Source: Candidatus Bipolaricaulota bacterium
GTDB taxonomy: Bacteria > Bipolaricaulota > Bipolaricaulia > RBG-16-55-9 > DRXL01
Direction of reading: 5' to 3'
Assembly (NCBI GenBank): GCA_030550495.1
Contig: JAUQPG010000005.1
Location: forward strand, 14,520-67,521
DNA: 53,002 bases
The notes beneath the pieces were generated by a model. It was not told the DNA's origin, ran no database searches, and saw nothing but the letters and a program-made list of their open reading frames with translations. Position numbers and translations under genes: made by a program. Every line of letters begins with the position of its first letter. Within the stretch, counting starts at the first letter, position 1. Of this stretch, positions 30,331 to 38,388 are shown one piece after another.

Positions 30331-31677
30331 TTAGTCATATCGAATGCGTGGATCCAAGAACGCATAGAGGATATCAGCGATAACGTGAGCGACCAAAGCG
30401 AAAATACCCGTGAAGACGAGCGAGCCGATGGCTACAGGGTAATCTTGCTCTAGGGCGCTCAGCAGCAAGAGCTGTCCCATCCCCGGCCAGGAGAAGATCG
30501 TCTCGGTGAAGACGCCCCCGTCGACAGAGAACGCGATAGCGAAGATCAAGCTTGTCACGACCGGGAGCAAGGCATTGCGCGCGGCGTGCTTATCGCGCAC
30601 GACGTTATCAGGCAGGCCCTTAGCCTTGGCTGCCATCACGTAGTCTTCGCGCATCGTCTCCAGCATCGTATTTCTCATTAACAACATCGTGCCTGCAAAG
30701 GAGATTAGCGTCAGCGTCAAGATGGGCAGGACCATGTGCTGCACGAAGTCAAGAGCCAATGGGAAGAGCGGGATCGTCCCAGCGGGAAACTCAAAGTACC
30801 AAACGAAGAATTGAAACTTAGTGTTGCGCGCTAACACAACACGATTGACCTCGCCGAACCAGCTGCCGCCAAAGAAGAGTCCTGCCAAGACTATTCCCAA
30901 CGCGACGGCTCCCCATCGTATGACGTTCCTCTGCCATACATAAGAGAAGCGCCGGCTCCACAGATAGACAATGCCCCAGAAGAGCGATAAGCCACCGAGC
31001 CACAATAGCATCTGATTGAAGACGATATTGGAGCAGCTAATCCCAACGCTGCAGTCCACTGAGCCAATCTGACGGATGTTCGTCCAGCTATCAGGATTGA
31101 TAAATCCTCCAATGGGAACGACGCCAAGATTGACAGCAAAGAGCCAGACTAACAGCAAAGCAAACCATGGGGTGAACACGGTAAAGAGCGTGACGCCCAC
31201 AACTGTCGAGAAGTATTCGATGATCGCACCGCGACGCCAGGCGATCAGCTTTCCCAAGAAGAAACCAATATAGAACGAGACGATGGTATACGTTAAGAAG
31301 AGCACAATCGTTCGCGGTAAGCGCTCTTTGATGAGGTCCCATGTCGGGCGTTGCTCGCGGCAGACGGGATCGGGGGTCGGGCTGATATTGCCCCACTTGA
31401 AGGAGCACCCGAGGTGTCCCGTCACAAAGTTTTTCAGATATTCGAAATATCGCTCATGGATCGGCTTATCCAAGCCGAGCTGCTTCACGATGGCATCACG
31501 TGCCTCAGGAGTGATCTTGGGGTTGCCCACGTAGATATCTGTGATGTCTCCCGGCTGAGCCTCGAGGATGATAAAGACCAGCGTCATGTAGAGGTAAAGC
31601 ACAAGAATGACTTGCAAAAGACGCATGATGATGTACTTGCTCATGCCGCTGGTCAGAGTCTGCCAAATCCGTTTCAT
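30331..31677 (-). CDS. oppB: Peptide ABC transporter permease (OppB), enlarged
   Basis: LGLDKPIHERY, EDYVMAAKAKGL, ETIFSWPGMG, YAFLDPRIR. Confidence 0.93.
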   Translation of the reverse strand: MKRIWQTLTSGMSKYIIMRLLQVILVLYLYMTLVFIILEAQPGDITDIYVGNPKITPEARDAIVKQLGLDKPIHERYFEYLKNFVTGHLGCSFKWGNISPTPDPVCREQRPTWDLIKERLPRTIVLFLTYTIVSFYIGFFLGKLIAWRRGAIIEYFSTVVGVTLFTVFTPWFALLLVWLFAVNLGVVPIGGFINPDSWTNIRQIGSVDCSVGISCSNIVFNQMLLWLGGLSLFWGIVYLWSRRFSYVWQRNVIRWGAVALGIVLAGLFFGGSWFGEVNRVVLARNTKFQFFVWYFEFPAGTIPLFPLALDFVQHMVLPILTLTLISFAGTMLLMRNTMLETMREDYVMAAKAKGLPDNVVRDKHAARNALLPVVTSLIFAIAFSVDGGVFTETIFSWPGMGQLLLLSALEQDYPVAIGSLVFTGIFALVAHVIADILYAFLDPRIRYD

Positions 31678-31715
31678 AAGGTGCTCGCCCCTTTTTGGCA
31701 ATTCTAGAGAGGGGA

Positions 31716-31753
31716 CTCTGGAGGTGAGGGCCTAGGAGCCCTCACCTCCAGAG
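31716..31753. terminator. Strong hairpin between oppA and oppB (attenuating or mRNA-stabilising)
   Basis: CTCTGGAGGTGAGGGC-ctagga-GCCCTCACCTCCAGAG, a perfect 16-bp stem with a weak U-tract. Confidence 0.6.
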
Positions 31754-31761
31754 GGACTCTG

Positions 31762-33741
31762 TTACTTAAGCTGGACGTAGCTCATCATGCCGTTCGTGCC
31801 CTGGATACCGTCGAAGACCTTCTCGTAGGGCATGTGATCGCCCACCAAGACATCGGCGCGGAAGGCCTCATAGAGTGGGGCGTTGAAGAGCGGCACATAG
31901 GGCAGCTCCTCGGAGAGCATCTCCTGCATCTTAAACGCCAGCTCTTTGAGCTTGGGTTGCTCGCAGGCCTTCTCGAACTCCTCGGCGAGCTTGTCGTACT
32001 CAGGGTTATTGTACCCTTGCGGGTTGAAGCCGCCCAGGCCCGAGTTGCGGCTGTGGAAGAAATCGACCAGGTAGCTGGGGAACAAGCCGCCCAAGCCCCA
32101 GCCCAGGATCCACGCGTCGAACTTCTGCTCATCGAAGACGCGGTTGGAGATCGTATTGAACCCGGTCAGGTTGACCTTCACGGGGATGCCGATCTTGTTA
32201 AGCCGCTCCTCGATGTGCAGGGCGAACGTAGCGCGCAGCGGGTCATAGCCCTGGTGCGGCGCCAACAGCTCAAACGGCGCGACGGCCTTGCCCTTGTACT
32301 TGAGGCCGCGTCCTGGGGTGACCTTGTTGCCGGGGATATCGACCTTGGGCTCGACGTCCCAGCTGAAGCCGGCCTGCTTGAGCAGCTTAATAGCTAAATC
32401 GGCCTTCTCCGCTTCCTTGAGACCCTTGCCGTAGGTCTTCACGTTGGGGTTGTACCAGGCGGTGTTGACCGTCGGCACGATGCTGTAGGTAGGGATGGCC
32501 AGGCCAGCCAGGAGCTGCTGGGTGACGAACTCGCGGTCGATCATAATAGAGACTGCCTGGCGGAACTCCTTCACGTTGAAGGGCTCGCGGCGCAGGTTGA
32601 AGCTCATGTAGTACAGGCCGTTGCCGGGGTTCTCCGCGATGCCCACGCCCTTGGCCTCGCGCAGCTGCTTGCGGAAGCCCGCCTGCACGCCCAAGGGGTT
32701 GAGCAAGAAGTGAATGTCGCCCTTGATGAGCGCCGCGACGGCAGTCGCCTGGTCGCCGTAGATGCGCCACTGCGTGGCGTCGACAAACGGACCGGAGGTC
32801 AGCTCCAGGCGCACCGTGGGCTTATCTTTGTCGAGAATAGCCGTGCCGGGGTCGCCATCATAGGGCTGAGGATCTTTGGTTGTATGGGTGTACTTATAGA
32901 CGCCGGGCTTCTCTTCGGTGTAGCCGCCAGAGTAGGGCCGGACGCTCTTGGCACCATAGAAGTAGTGATTCTTGTTTGCGCTAGACTCGGCAAATGCCCC
33001 AGGCTCCCACTTCTGGAAGAGCCACCCACCGATCACGGGTTCATCGTCGCCCTTGTGCTCATAGAGGGCCTTGATGGGATCCTTAGCTTCGGCAGCGGCC
33101 TTAAACTTCGGCTCCCAGTACGCCTTGCTGATGATCGGGGCGAAGAGCAACCCCTGGTCCCAATCATCGTAGCTGCACTGGGCCTTCAGATAGAACTTCA
33201 CCGTATACTTATCTACGACCTCAGCGCGATCGAAGAAGTCGGGATTGATCGTCCCTGGCCAGTTACCGCCCATCTTGATGGGGTCAATGCCCTTGTAGAG
33301 CTTGCCGCCAATGGCGTTGAACGTGAACGCCACATCTTCAGCGGTGAGCTCGCCGACTTCCTTGCCGGTCTTGGGATCGAACCACTTGATGCCCTTCTTG
33401 ATCTTGATGGTCGCGGTCTTGTCCGGCCCGATGGTGATCATCTTCTTGGCTTCTTCTTCGGTGCTGGCATCAGCAATCCCGGGGACGTAATCGAAGAACT
33501 TATCCGAGAGCCCAAATAAGCTCGGACCCCACCCGTTGAGCCGGACGTAGAAGTTCCACACCGTCGCCTTCGGCCCTAAGATAGCCAACGTATTTAAGCT
33601 CGACAGATCTTCGAAGATCGCGAGCTTGTAGATCTTCTGGGCCTGAGCCTGGACGACCGACTGAGACTGACTGGACAGCACAGCCCCGATGCAAAGCGCC
33701 AACAAAGCAACAATGGTAATGAGCTTGATATGTTTAAACAT
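31762..33741 (-). CDS. oppA: Family 5 extracellular solute-binding protein (OppA/DppA)
   Basis: Signal peptide; LTAEDVAFT, FNLRREPF...FRQAVSIMIDRE, YNNPEYDKL, EELPYVPL; strong SD. Confidence 0.92.
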   Translation of the reverse strand: MFKHIKLITIVALLALCIGAVLSSQSQSVVQAQAQKIYKLAIFEDLSSLNTLAILGPKATVWNFYVRLNGWGPSLFGLSDKFFDYVPGIADASTEEEAKKMITIGPDKTATIKIKKGIKWFDPKTGKEVGELTAEDVAFTFNAIGGKLYKGIDPIKMGGNWPGTINPDFFDRAEVVDKYTVKFYLKAQCSYDDWDQGLLFAPIISKAYWEPKFKAAAEAKDPIKALYEHKGDDEPVIGGWLFQKWEPGAFAESSANKNHYFYGAKSVRPYSGGYTEEKPGVYKYTHTTKDPQPYDGDPGTAILDKDKPTVRLELTSGPFVDATQWRIYGDQATAVAALIKGDIHFLLNPLGVQAGFRKQLREAKGVGIAENPGNGLYYMSFNLRREPFNVKEFRQAVSIMIDREFVTQQLLAGLAIPTYSIVPTVNTAWYNPNVKTYGKGLKEAEKADLAIKLLKQAGFSWDVEPKVDIPGNKVTPGRGLKYKGKAVAPFELLAPHQGYDPLRATFALHIEERLNKIGIPVKVNLTGFNTISNRVFDEQKFDAWILGWGLGGLFPSYLVDFFHSRNSGLGGFNPQGYNNPEYDKLAEEFEKACEQPKLKELAFKMQEMLSEELPYVPLFNAPLYEAFRADVLVGDHMPYEKVFDGIQGTNGMMSYVQLK

Positions 33742-33830
33742 ATCACAACCTCCTTTGCTGATTTAGTGGTGTCTTGCTTGCTGAAGAAAAAGGCTTAGAC
33801 GCTCTCCCCAGTGAGTTGACATCACCTCCT

Positions 33831-34400
33831 TTAAAATCTTCCTGGTGATACACGATACACCACCATGATGCTGCCTTTCATGGGGCTGTCTTGCACGACC
33901 TGTGTCCAACACGGTTGTTCGATCCAGCACGTTGGTGACGGTGGGCTAGCAGACCAGAGCCAGAGAGCAGCAAGGATCGCTGCTGCGGCCGCAGCCCCTA
34001 CAGCTCCCCACGCAAAACGCCGCCACCAGCTCTGTTCTTCTCTGGGATGCTGGCGCGCAGAACTGAGCAAACTCCAGCGGCGTGCCTGTAGGTATGCCAC
34101 GCGCTCTTGACAACGGGCACACGTCAAGACGTGCATGGCGACGTCGGAGCGCGTCCAGCGTGGGACACGTCCGCTCAAGAATTTCTGGAACGCTTGCTCA
34201 TCGCGGAAGGTCGCCCCAACGCGCCCCGCCCCAGGACTGTCCAGCAGCCTATTCGCCACGTATGCTCGCAGAACTTCTTCGCTTGGGTGATCAGGGTACT
34301 CAAGGCCCCGGAGACCTGCAAAAAGCTCGGCAAACTCAGCGAGCTTCTCCGTGTCCAGCTCGTCCTCGTAAGGCGGGTGCGGAGAGTACTTAGTGTCCAT
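33831..34400 (-). CDS. Zinc-finger (zf-HC2/ZAS) anti-sigma-factor-like membrane protein
   Basis: HPSEEVLRAYVANRL...VAMHVLTCARC (Hx3Cx2C), then TM FAWGAVGAAAAAAILAALWLW. ATG 34400 has SD GGAGG. Confidence 0.65.
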   Translation of the reverse strand: MDTKYSPHPPYEDELDTEKLAEFAELFAGLRGLEYPDHPSEEVLRAYVANRLLDSPGAGRVGATFRDEQAFQKFLSGRVPRWTRSDVAMHVLTCARCQERVAYLQARRWSLLSSARQHPREEQSWWRRFAWGAVGAAAAAAILAALWLWSASPPSPTCWIEQPCWTQVVQDSPMKGSIMVVYRVSPGRF

Positions 34401-34845
34401 ATGAGACCTCCGTGCGGGGGATAAGGGATGCTGAGGCGTAGAGCTGATTATACAACTCTTTAATCTTCTCTTTCTCGCGGGTGGGATTGAACTGACGCCC
34501 CACCAGACGAAAGACATGCTCCCAACTGAGCCGAGTGCCCGCGAGACGCTCTATAGTCAGATCGCGCATACGGACGCGCCCTTCCGTGATCTCGCGCACG
34601 AGCTGCTCGCGCTTATGCGGGTCGAACTCCGAACTCGCATAGTGGCTGAATAGATAGACTAATAACCCGCGCACGACGTTGGGATCGAAGCGTCGCTTCG
34701 CCTCAGCGAAGACGAACCACCGACGCGCCTTCTCCAGCTCACCGTCTAACGAGAGCAAGTCTTCCACCATCTCCGGAGGTTCGTTGGTGCACCGTAAGAT
34801 GTTCTCAGCATACGCTAAGCGCGCCAACTCAATCCGGATCTCCAT
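34390..34845 (-). CDS. Hypothetical helical protein coupled to the anti-sigma-like gene
   Basis: 151 aa; overlaps the downstream gene by 11 nt; no clear family. Confidence 0.7.
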   Translation of the reverse strand: MEIRIELARLAYAENILRCTNEPPEMVEDLLSLDGELEKARRWFVFAEAKRRFDPNVVRGLLVYLFSHYASSEFDPHKREQLVREITEGRVRMRDLTIERLAGTRLSWEHVFRLVGRQFNPTREKEKIKELYNQLYASASLIPRTEVSYGH

Positions 34846-34953
34846 TAATTATATTCACCCCTCGCGAAATCCTGACAGCTTCGGACTGTAAGCACACGAA
34901 AAGCCTTATTCTATCAAGATTCCTTTGACCTTGACTCGTCTTTTCCCCATTCC

Positions 34954-36216
34954 CTAGCGGCGTTCGTTCATGAGCACTGAGACAGAACCATCCCCTTGAT
35001 TGACGACAGCTAAGTCGGGATCACCGTCTCTATCGAAATCTCCAGCGACAATGCTCACCGGCAGCGACCCAACAGGAATAGTGATCGCTTTATTCGGCTG
35101 CACGAACTTTCCTCGCGAGGGATCGACCAAGAACTTTGCGCCAAACCCTCCAAAGCCATCGTTGAAATGCACGGTCACCGTGTTGCTTGCCGAATTCGCT
35201 GCAGCCAGATCAAGCCAACCATCCCCGTTGAAATCGCCCACGATCACGGCTCGTGGGTCTAGACCCCCTGTGGGCAGCCCTTGAGGCTCGTCAAACTTTC
35301 CTTGGCCGTCTCCAGCAAAGACTAGGAGACGGTCACTCTCGGGATTGGCCGTCACTAAATCCCCGAACGTATCGTTGTTGATATCGGCGATTTCGATCCA
35401 CGCTGGCGAATCCCCACTATAGAGCCCAGCTGCCAGGCGCTGCGCTATGACAAAACTTCCCGCGTTATCCCCAAGCAACGTAGCAGCTCGGCCAATGCTG
35501 CTGACGACGGCGTCTAGCTTCCCGTCACGATTGAGATCATAGACAGCGAGGGATTGCAAGCTCCCGCCGACAAACGTCTCGCGCACGCTCCAGCGATCTA
35601 TCTGGTCTGTCCCATTATTGATAAAGACGTAGACGCTCCCTTGAAGATTAGCACAGATAATATCAAGACGACCGTCGTTGGTGAAGTCCGCGATAGCGAC
35701 GGAACTGACGTCGCGTAGGCCGCGGGGAAGATCGCGGCTGGAAGCGGGCCGGAGCAACTCCTTCTCGTCCCCCCATAAAACCCAGAAGTTGCCCCCTGTA
35801 GGATAAGCGAGCACAACGTCAAGAAACCCATCTCTATTGAGATCACCAAGTGCTAAGACCTTACCACGGGGGACCTTGACTGTATCGTCGGCCTTGACTG
35901 AGTTAAATTCTACTAATTGTGGGGCACGAAAGATCTGTTGTGGGCTCCCAAGAGCAATGGCGACATAAAGTCTCTTAATATCTTTCTCTTCGTCTGTAAC
36001 GAGTAGGGTTGAAGTGATGATATCAAGAAGTCCATCGCGGTTGACATCGCCCAAGGCAATGGCCGTCGTGCCTGAGCCTATTAGAATAGATTGACTCTGT
36101 TGGAACTTCACAGTAGGGTTGCTGAAGGCTTCTATCCCTAGCAAGAGCACAAAGCTGCCTATGAGTATTAGCTGCCGTGTTCGGGTATCTCTGCGCATCG
36201 TGAGAAATTGTACCAT
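34954..36216 (-). CDS. Secreted FG-GAP/VCBS repeat beta-propeller protein
   Basis: Seven DxNxDGxxD-type repeats, e.g. GDVNRDGLLD, GDLNRDGFLD, DFTNDGRLD, GDFNGDGWLD. Confidence 0.9.
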   Translation of the reverse strand: MVQFLTMRRDTRTRQLILIGSFVLLLGIEAFSNPTVKFQQSQSILIGSGTTAIALGDVNRDGLLDIITSTLLVTDEEKDIKRLYVAIALGSPQQIFRAPQLVEFNSVKADDTVKVPRGKVLALGDLNRDGFLDVVLAYPTGGNFWVLWGDEKELLRPASSRDLPRGLRDVSSVAIADFTNDGRLDIICANLQGSVYVFINNGTDQIDRWSVRETFVGGSLQSLAVYDLNRDGKLDAVVSSIGRAATLLGDNAGSFVIAQRLAAGLYSGDSPAWIEIADINNDTFGDLVTANPESDRLLVFAGDGQGKFDEPQGLPTGGLDPRAVIVGDFNGDGWLDLAAANSASNTVTVHFNDGFGGFGAKFLVDPSRGKFVQPNKAITIPVGSLPVSIVAGDFDRDGDPDLAVVNQGDGSVSVLMNERR

Positions 36217-36253
36217 CTTCCAGGGCGGATGTCCACCGAGAGGGAGGGGCTGC

Positions 36254-36283
36254 TTGACAAGTATCGCTTTTTCGTGCTAATCT
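36254..36283 (+). promoter_or_regulatory. Sigma70-type promoter for the YVTN-type gene
   Basis: TTGACA-18 nt-TAATCT with a TGn extension. Confidence 0.55.
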
Positions 36284-36410
36284 TTCTGAAGGACAATCTT
36301 CGGGTCGTCGGAGGAGGTGATGGTGGGAGCGTTTAAAGAGATAGCTCACGTGGGTCGTTGCGGGGGAGTAGGCGTAGTTTACATCTCTATGCAAAAGGAG
36401 GTTCTCTCAT

Positions 36411-37604
36411 ATGTCTTCCACATATAAAGTTTTGGCAATCGTTGTCAGCTTGGCTGCGTTGCTCTTTCTGCCCTTGGTGAGCGCGCAAGAGCAGCAAGAG
36501 CTCAATCCGGTGAGCAAGCTCGATCTTGGCGGGTCCAAGGTCAACGGCTTCGTCTTCACGGCAGATGGGAAATTTGCCTTCGTCTCTGTCAGTGTCGGGC
36601 GCGAGAGCTCAGTCTTTCTTGTAGCGGCCAGCACAACGGATACCACAAAGTTTTACGGCAAGAAAGTGCGCGGCTGCCCCATTGCCGGAGAAGTCTGCCT
36701 AGCCCAAGTTCGCGGGAATATCAACCCCCAAGACTTGGCGTATAACGAGGAGAAGAAAGTGCTCTTCATACCAGGCTATGACGATGACACACTCTATATC
36801 TCGCAGGTGGCCTTTGACAAAGACGGCAACCCCACCGAAGCCAAGGCAGCCAAGAAAGTCGCTGTAGGGGCTGGCCCGCGAGCAGTCGCTGTCAACGCCG
36901 CTGGCACCCGGGCCTTCACGGTGAACGAACGCGAGCACACCGTCAGCGTCGTGGATATTTTGTATAAGGATAACGCCCCCGACAAGGGCGAAGTGATCGC
37001 GACGATCAAGCTCGACCCCGACGAAGAGAACCCCACATATCCTAGCCCGGCAGATATTGCCATTGTGGGCGATAGAGCCTTCGTCGTCAACACCGACACA
37101 TGGAAGGTCTGCGAACTTAAGAACATCAACGCGGACAGCGAGAAGGTGAAGAAGGGCGAGGAGAAGATTGAACTTGGCGCGTGCGTCGATACCGGGGCAT
37201 ATCCACGTGCTATGGCCATGCTTGGGAACACGGCGTATGTGATCAACAGTCTTGGGGACAGCGTCAGTCAGCTCTCCTTGGAGCCGTTGGAGAGCAAAGC
37301 AGAAGTCCCCGTCGGCGATGCTCCGCGGGGGATCGCCACAGACAATCAGTGCTGGGTTGTGGTGACCAATACGGGGGTAGATAACCCCGAGGGTGGCCGC
37401 CCTAGCCTCTCCTTCTTGAGCGCGGATTTGAGCAAGTCTCTCACGCTCTCCATCACAGCAAAGGAGCCAGGAGATCCGATTGTGCCAACTCAGGTGCAGG
37501 TCCTCGTCAAAGAGGGCGCTAAAGAGGTGTGGGTATTGAACATCGGAGCTCGCGGAGAGATCTTAATCTACCCTGCGCCGGAGGCTGTCCAGAGCTGTCC
37601 GTAA
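36411..37604 (+). CDS. Secreted YVTN/YncE-type beta-propeller protein
   Basis: Signal peptide; repeats VAVGAGPRAVAV...AFTVN...TVSVVD, DTGAYPRAMA, VPVGDAPRGIA. Confidence 0.85.
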   Translation: MSSTYKVLAIVVSLAALLFLPLVSAQEQQELNPVSKLDLGGSKVNGFVFTADGKFAFVSVSVGRESSVFLVAASTTDTTKFYGKKVRGCPIAGEVCLAQVRGNINPQDLAYNEEKKVLFIPGYDDDTLYISQVAFDKDGNPTEAKAAKKVAVGAGPRAVAVNAAGTRAFTVNEREHTVSVVDILYKDNAPDKGEVIATIKLDPDEENPTYPSPADIAIVGDRAFVVNTDTWKVCELKNINADSEKVKKGEEKIELGACVDTGAYPRAMAMLGNTAYVINSLGDSVSQLSLEPLESKAEVPVGDAPRGIATDNQCWVVVTNTGVDNPEGGRPSLSFLSADLSKSLTLSITAKEPGDPIVPTQVQVLVKEGAKEVWVLNIGARGEILIYPAPEAVQSCP

Positions 37605-37623
37605 TAGAAAAATCGAAAGCGAG

Positions 37624-37664
37624 AAGAGAAGCGGCCTCGGGGGCTTCCGGGGCCGCTTCTCTTT
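37624..37664 (+). terminator. Intrinsic terminator
   Basis: AAGAGAAGCGGCCTCGG...CCGGGGCCGCTTCTCTTT. Confidence 0.8.
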
Positions 37665-37668
37665 GCAG

Positions 37669-37698
37669 TTGACGATCCCAGCCCTTCTTGAGTATAGT
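37669..37698 (+). promoter_or_regulatory. Promoter for the tRNA(CAT) gene
   Basis: TTGACG-18 nt-TATAGT, 8 nt before the tRNA. Confidence 0.6.
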
Positions 37699-37706
37699 AA
37701 AAGAGC

Positions 37707-37782
37707 GGGCCCGTAGCTCAGGGGTCAGAGCAGTCGGCTCATAACCGATCGGTCGCAGGTTCGAATCCTGCCGGGCCCACCA
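37707..37782 (+). tRNA. tRNA with CAT anticodon, probably tRNA-Ile2 (lysidine-modified)
   Basis: Cloverleaf GGGCCCG...GTCGG-CTCATAA-CCGAT...GGTTCGAATCC...CGGGCCC-A-CCA. The paired G1-C72 and absence of three GC pairs in the anticodon stem argue against fMet; the acceptor stem is Ile2-like. Confidence 0.92.
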
Positions 37783-37815
37783 CAGACAGTTAGGAAGTTT
37801 CCAGTTTTTCAGTTT

Positions 37816-38349
37816 ATGGAGAAACTCTTCGTGAACGTAGACGGAGCCTCGCAAGGCAATCCCGGCGAGGCTGCTATTGGCATTGTTATTGCTGACGCTG
37901 ATGGGAACGTTATTAAAGAGATCTCTGAGCACATCGGGCGCACGACCAATAACGTTGCAGAGTATCGCGCTCTCATCGAGGCGATCAAAGCTGTGATACC
38001 TTACACGCCCAAGCGCGTCATCTTCTTCACAGATAGTCAACTCCTAGCTAATCAAGTCAACGGGCTCTATCGTATTCGGCGGCCCCATCTGGAGCCCCTC
38101 AACCGTCAAGTCCATGAGCTGTTGGCAAAACTCCCCAACTGGCAGGTCAACTATGTCGAGCGCGACGCCAATTGGAAGGCGCACCGTCTCGCGCAAAAGG
38201 CGCTCTTAGAGAGAGTTGCCAAAGAGGCTGAAGTGGGCTTGCCGGAGCGCATCCGCAGGAAGGTTGAACTCCTCGATGAGATCGATCAAAGACGGGTCTT
38301 AGAATTTGTGAATCGGCTCTACGAGGAGGCCCAGAAAGACAAGACGTAA
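37816..38349 (+). CDS. rnhA: Ribonuclease HI family protein
   Basis: VDGASQGNPG, TNNVAEYRAL, TDSQLL, ANWKAHRLA; C-terminal helical extension. Confidence 0.88.
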   Translation: MEKLFVNVDGASQGNPGEAAIGIVIADADGNVIKEISEHIGRTTNNVAEYRALIEAIKAVIPYTPKRVIFFTDSQLLANQVNGLYRIRRPHLEPLNRQVHELLAKLPNWQVNYVERDANWKAHRLAQKALLERVAKEAEVGLPERIRRKVELLDEIDQRRVLEFVNRLYEEAQKDKT

Positions 38350-38388
38350 AGGCTCAAGCTTCAGTCTTCGGGCAAGGGGGACTTTGTC

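Noticed and set aside
32710-33519. 269-aa and 187-aa plus-strand ORFs opposite oppA
   Set aside because: Antisense shadows caused by codon bias in oppA.
33763-33822. 19-aa leader peptide MSTHWGERLSLFLQQARHH upstream of oppA
   Set aside because: The ATG is only 2 nt from GGAGG and the peptide is not conserved in the second leader. Not called as a CDS, though not fully excluded.
37707-37782. tRNA(CAT) as initiator Met or as an island integration site
   Set aside because: It lacks the fMet hallmarks; flanking genes are housekeeping-like and no att repeat or integrase is seen.
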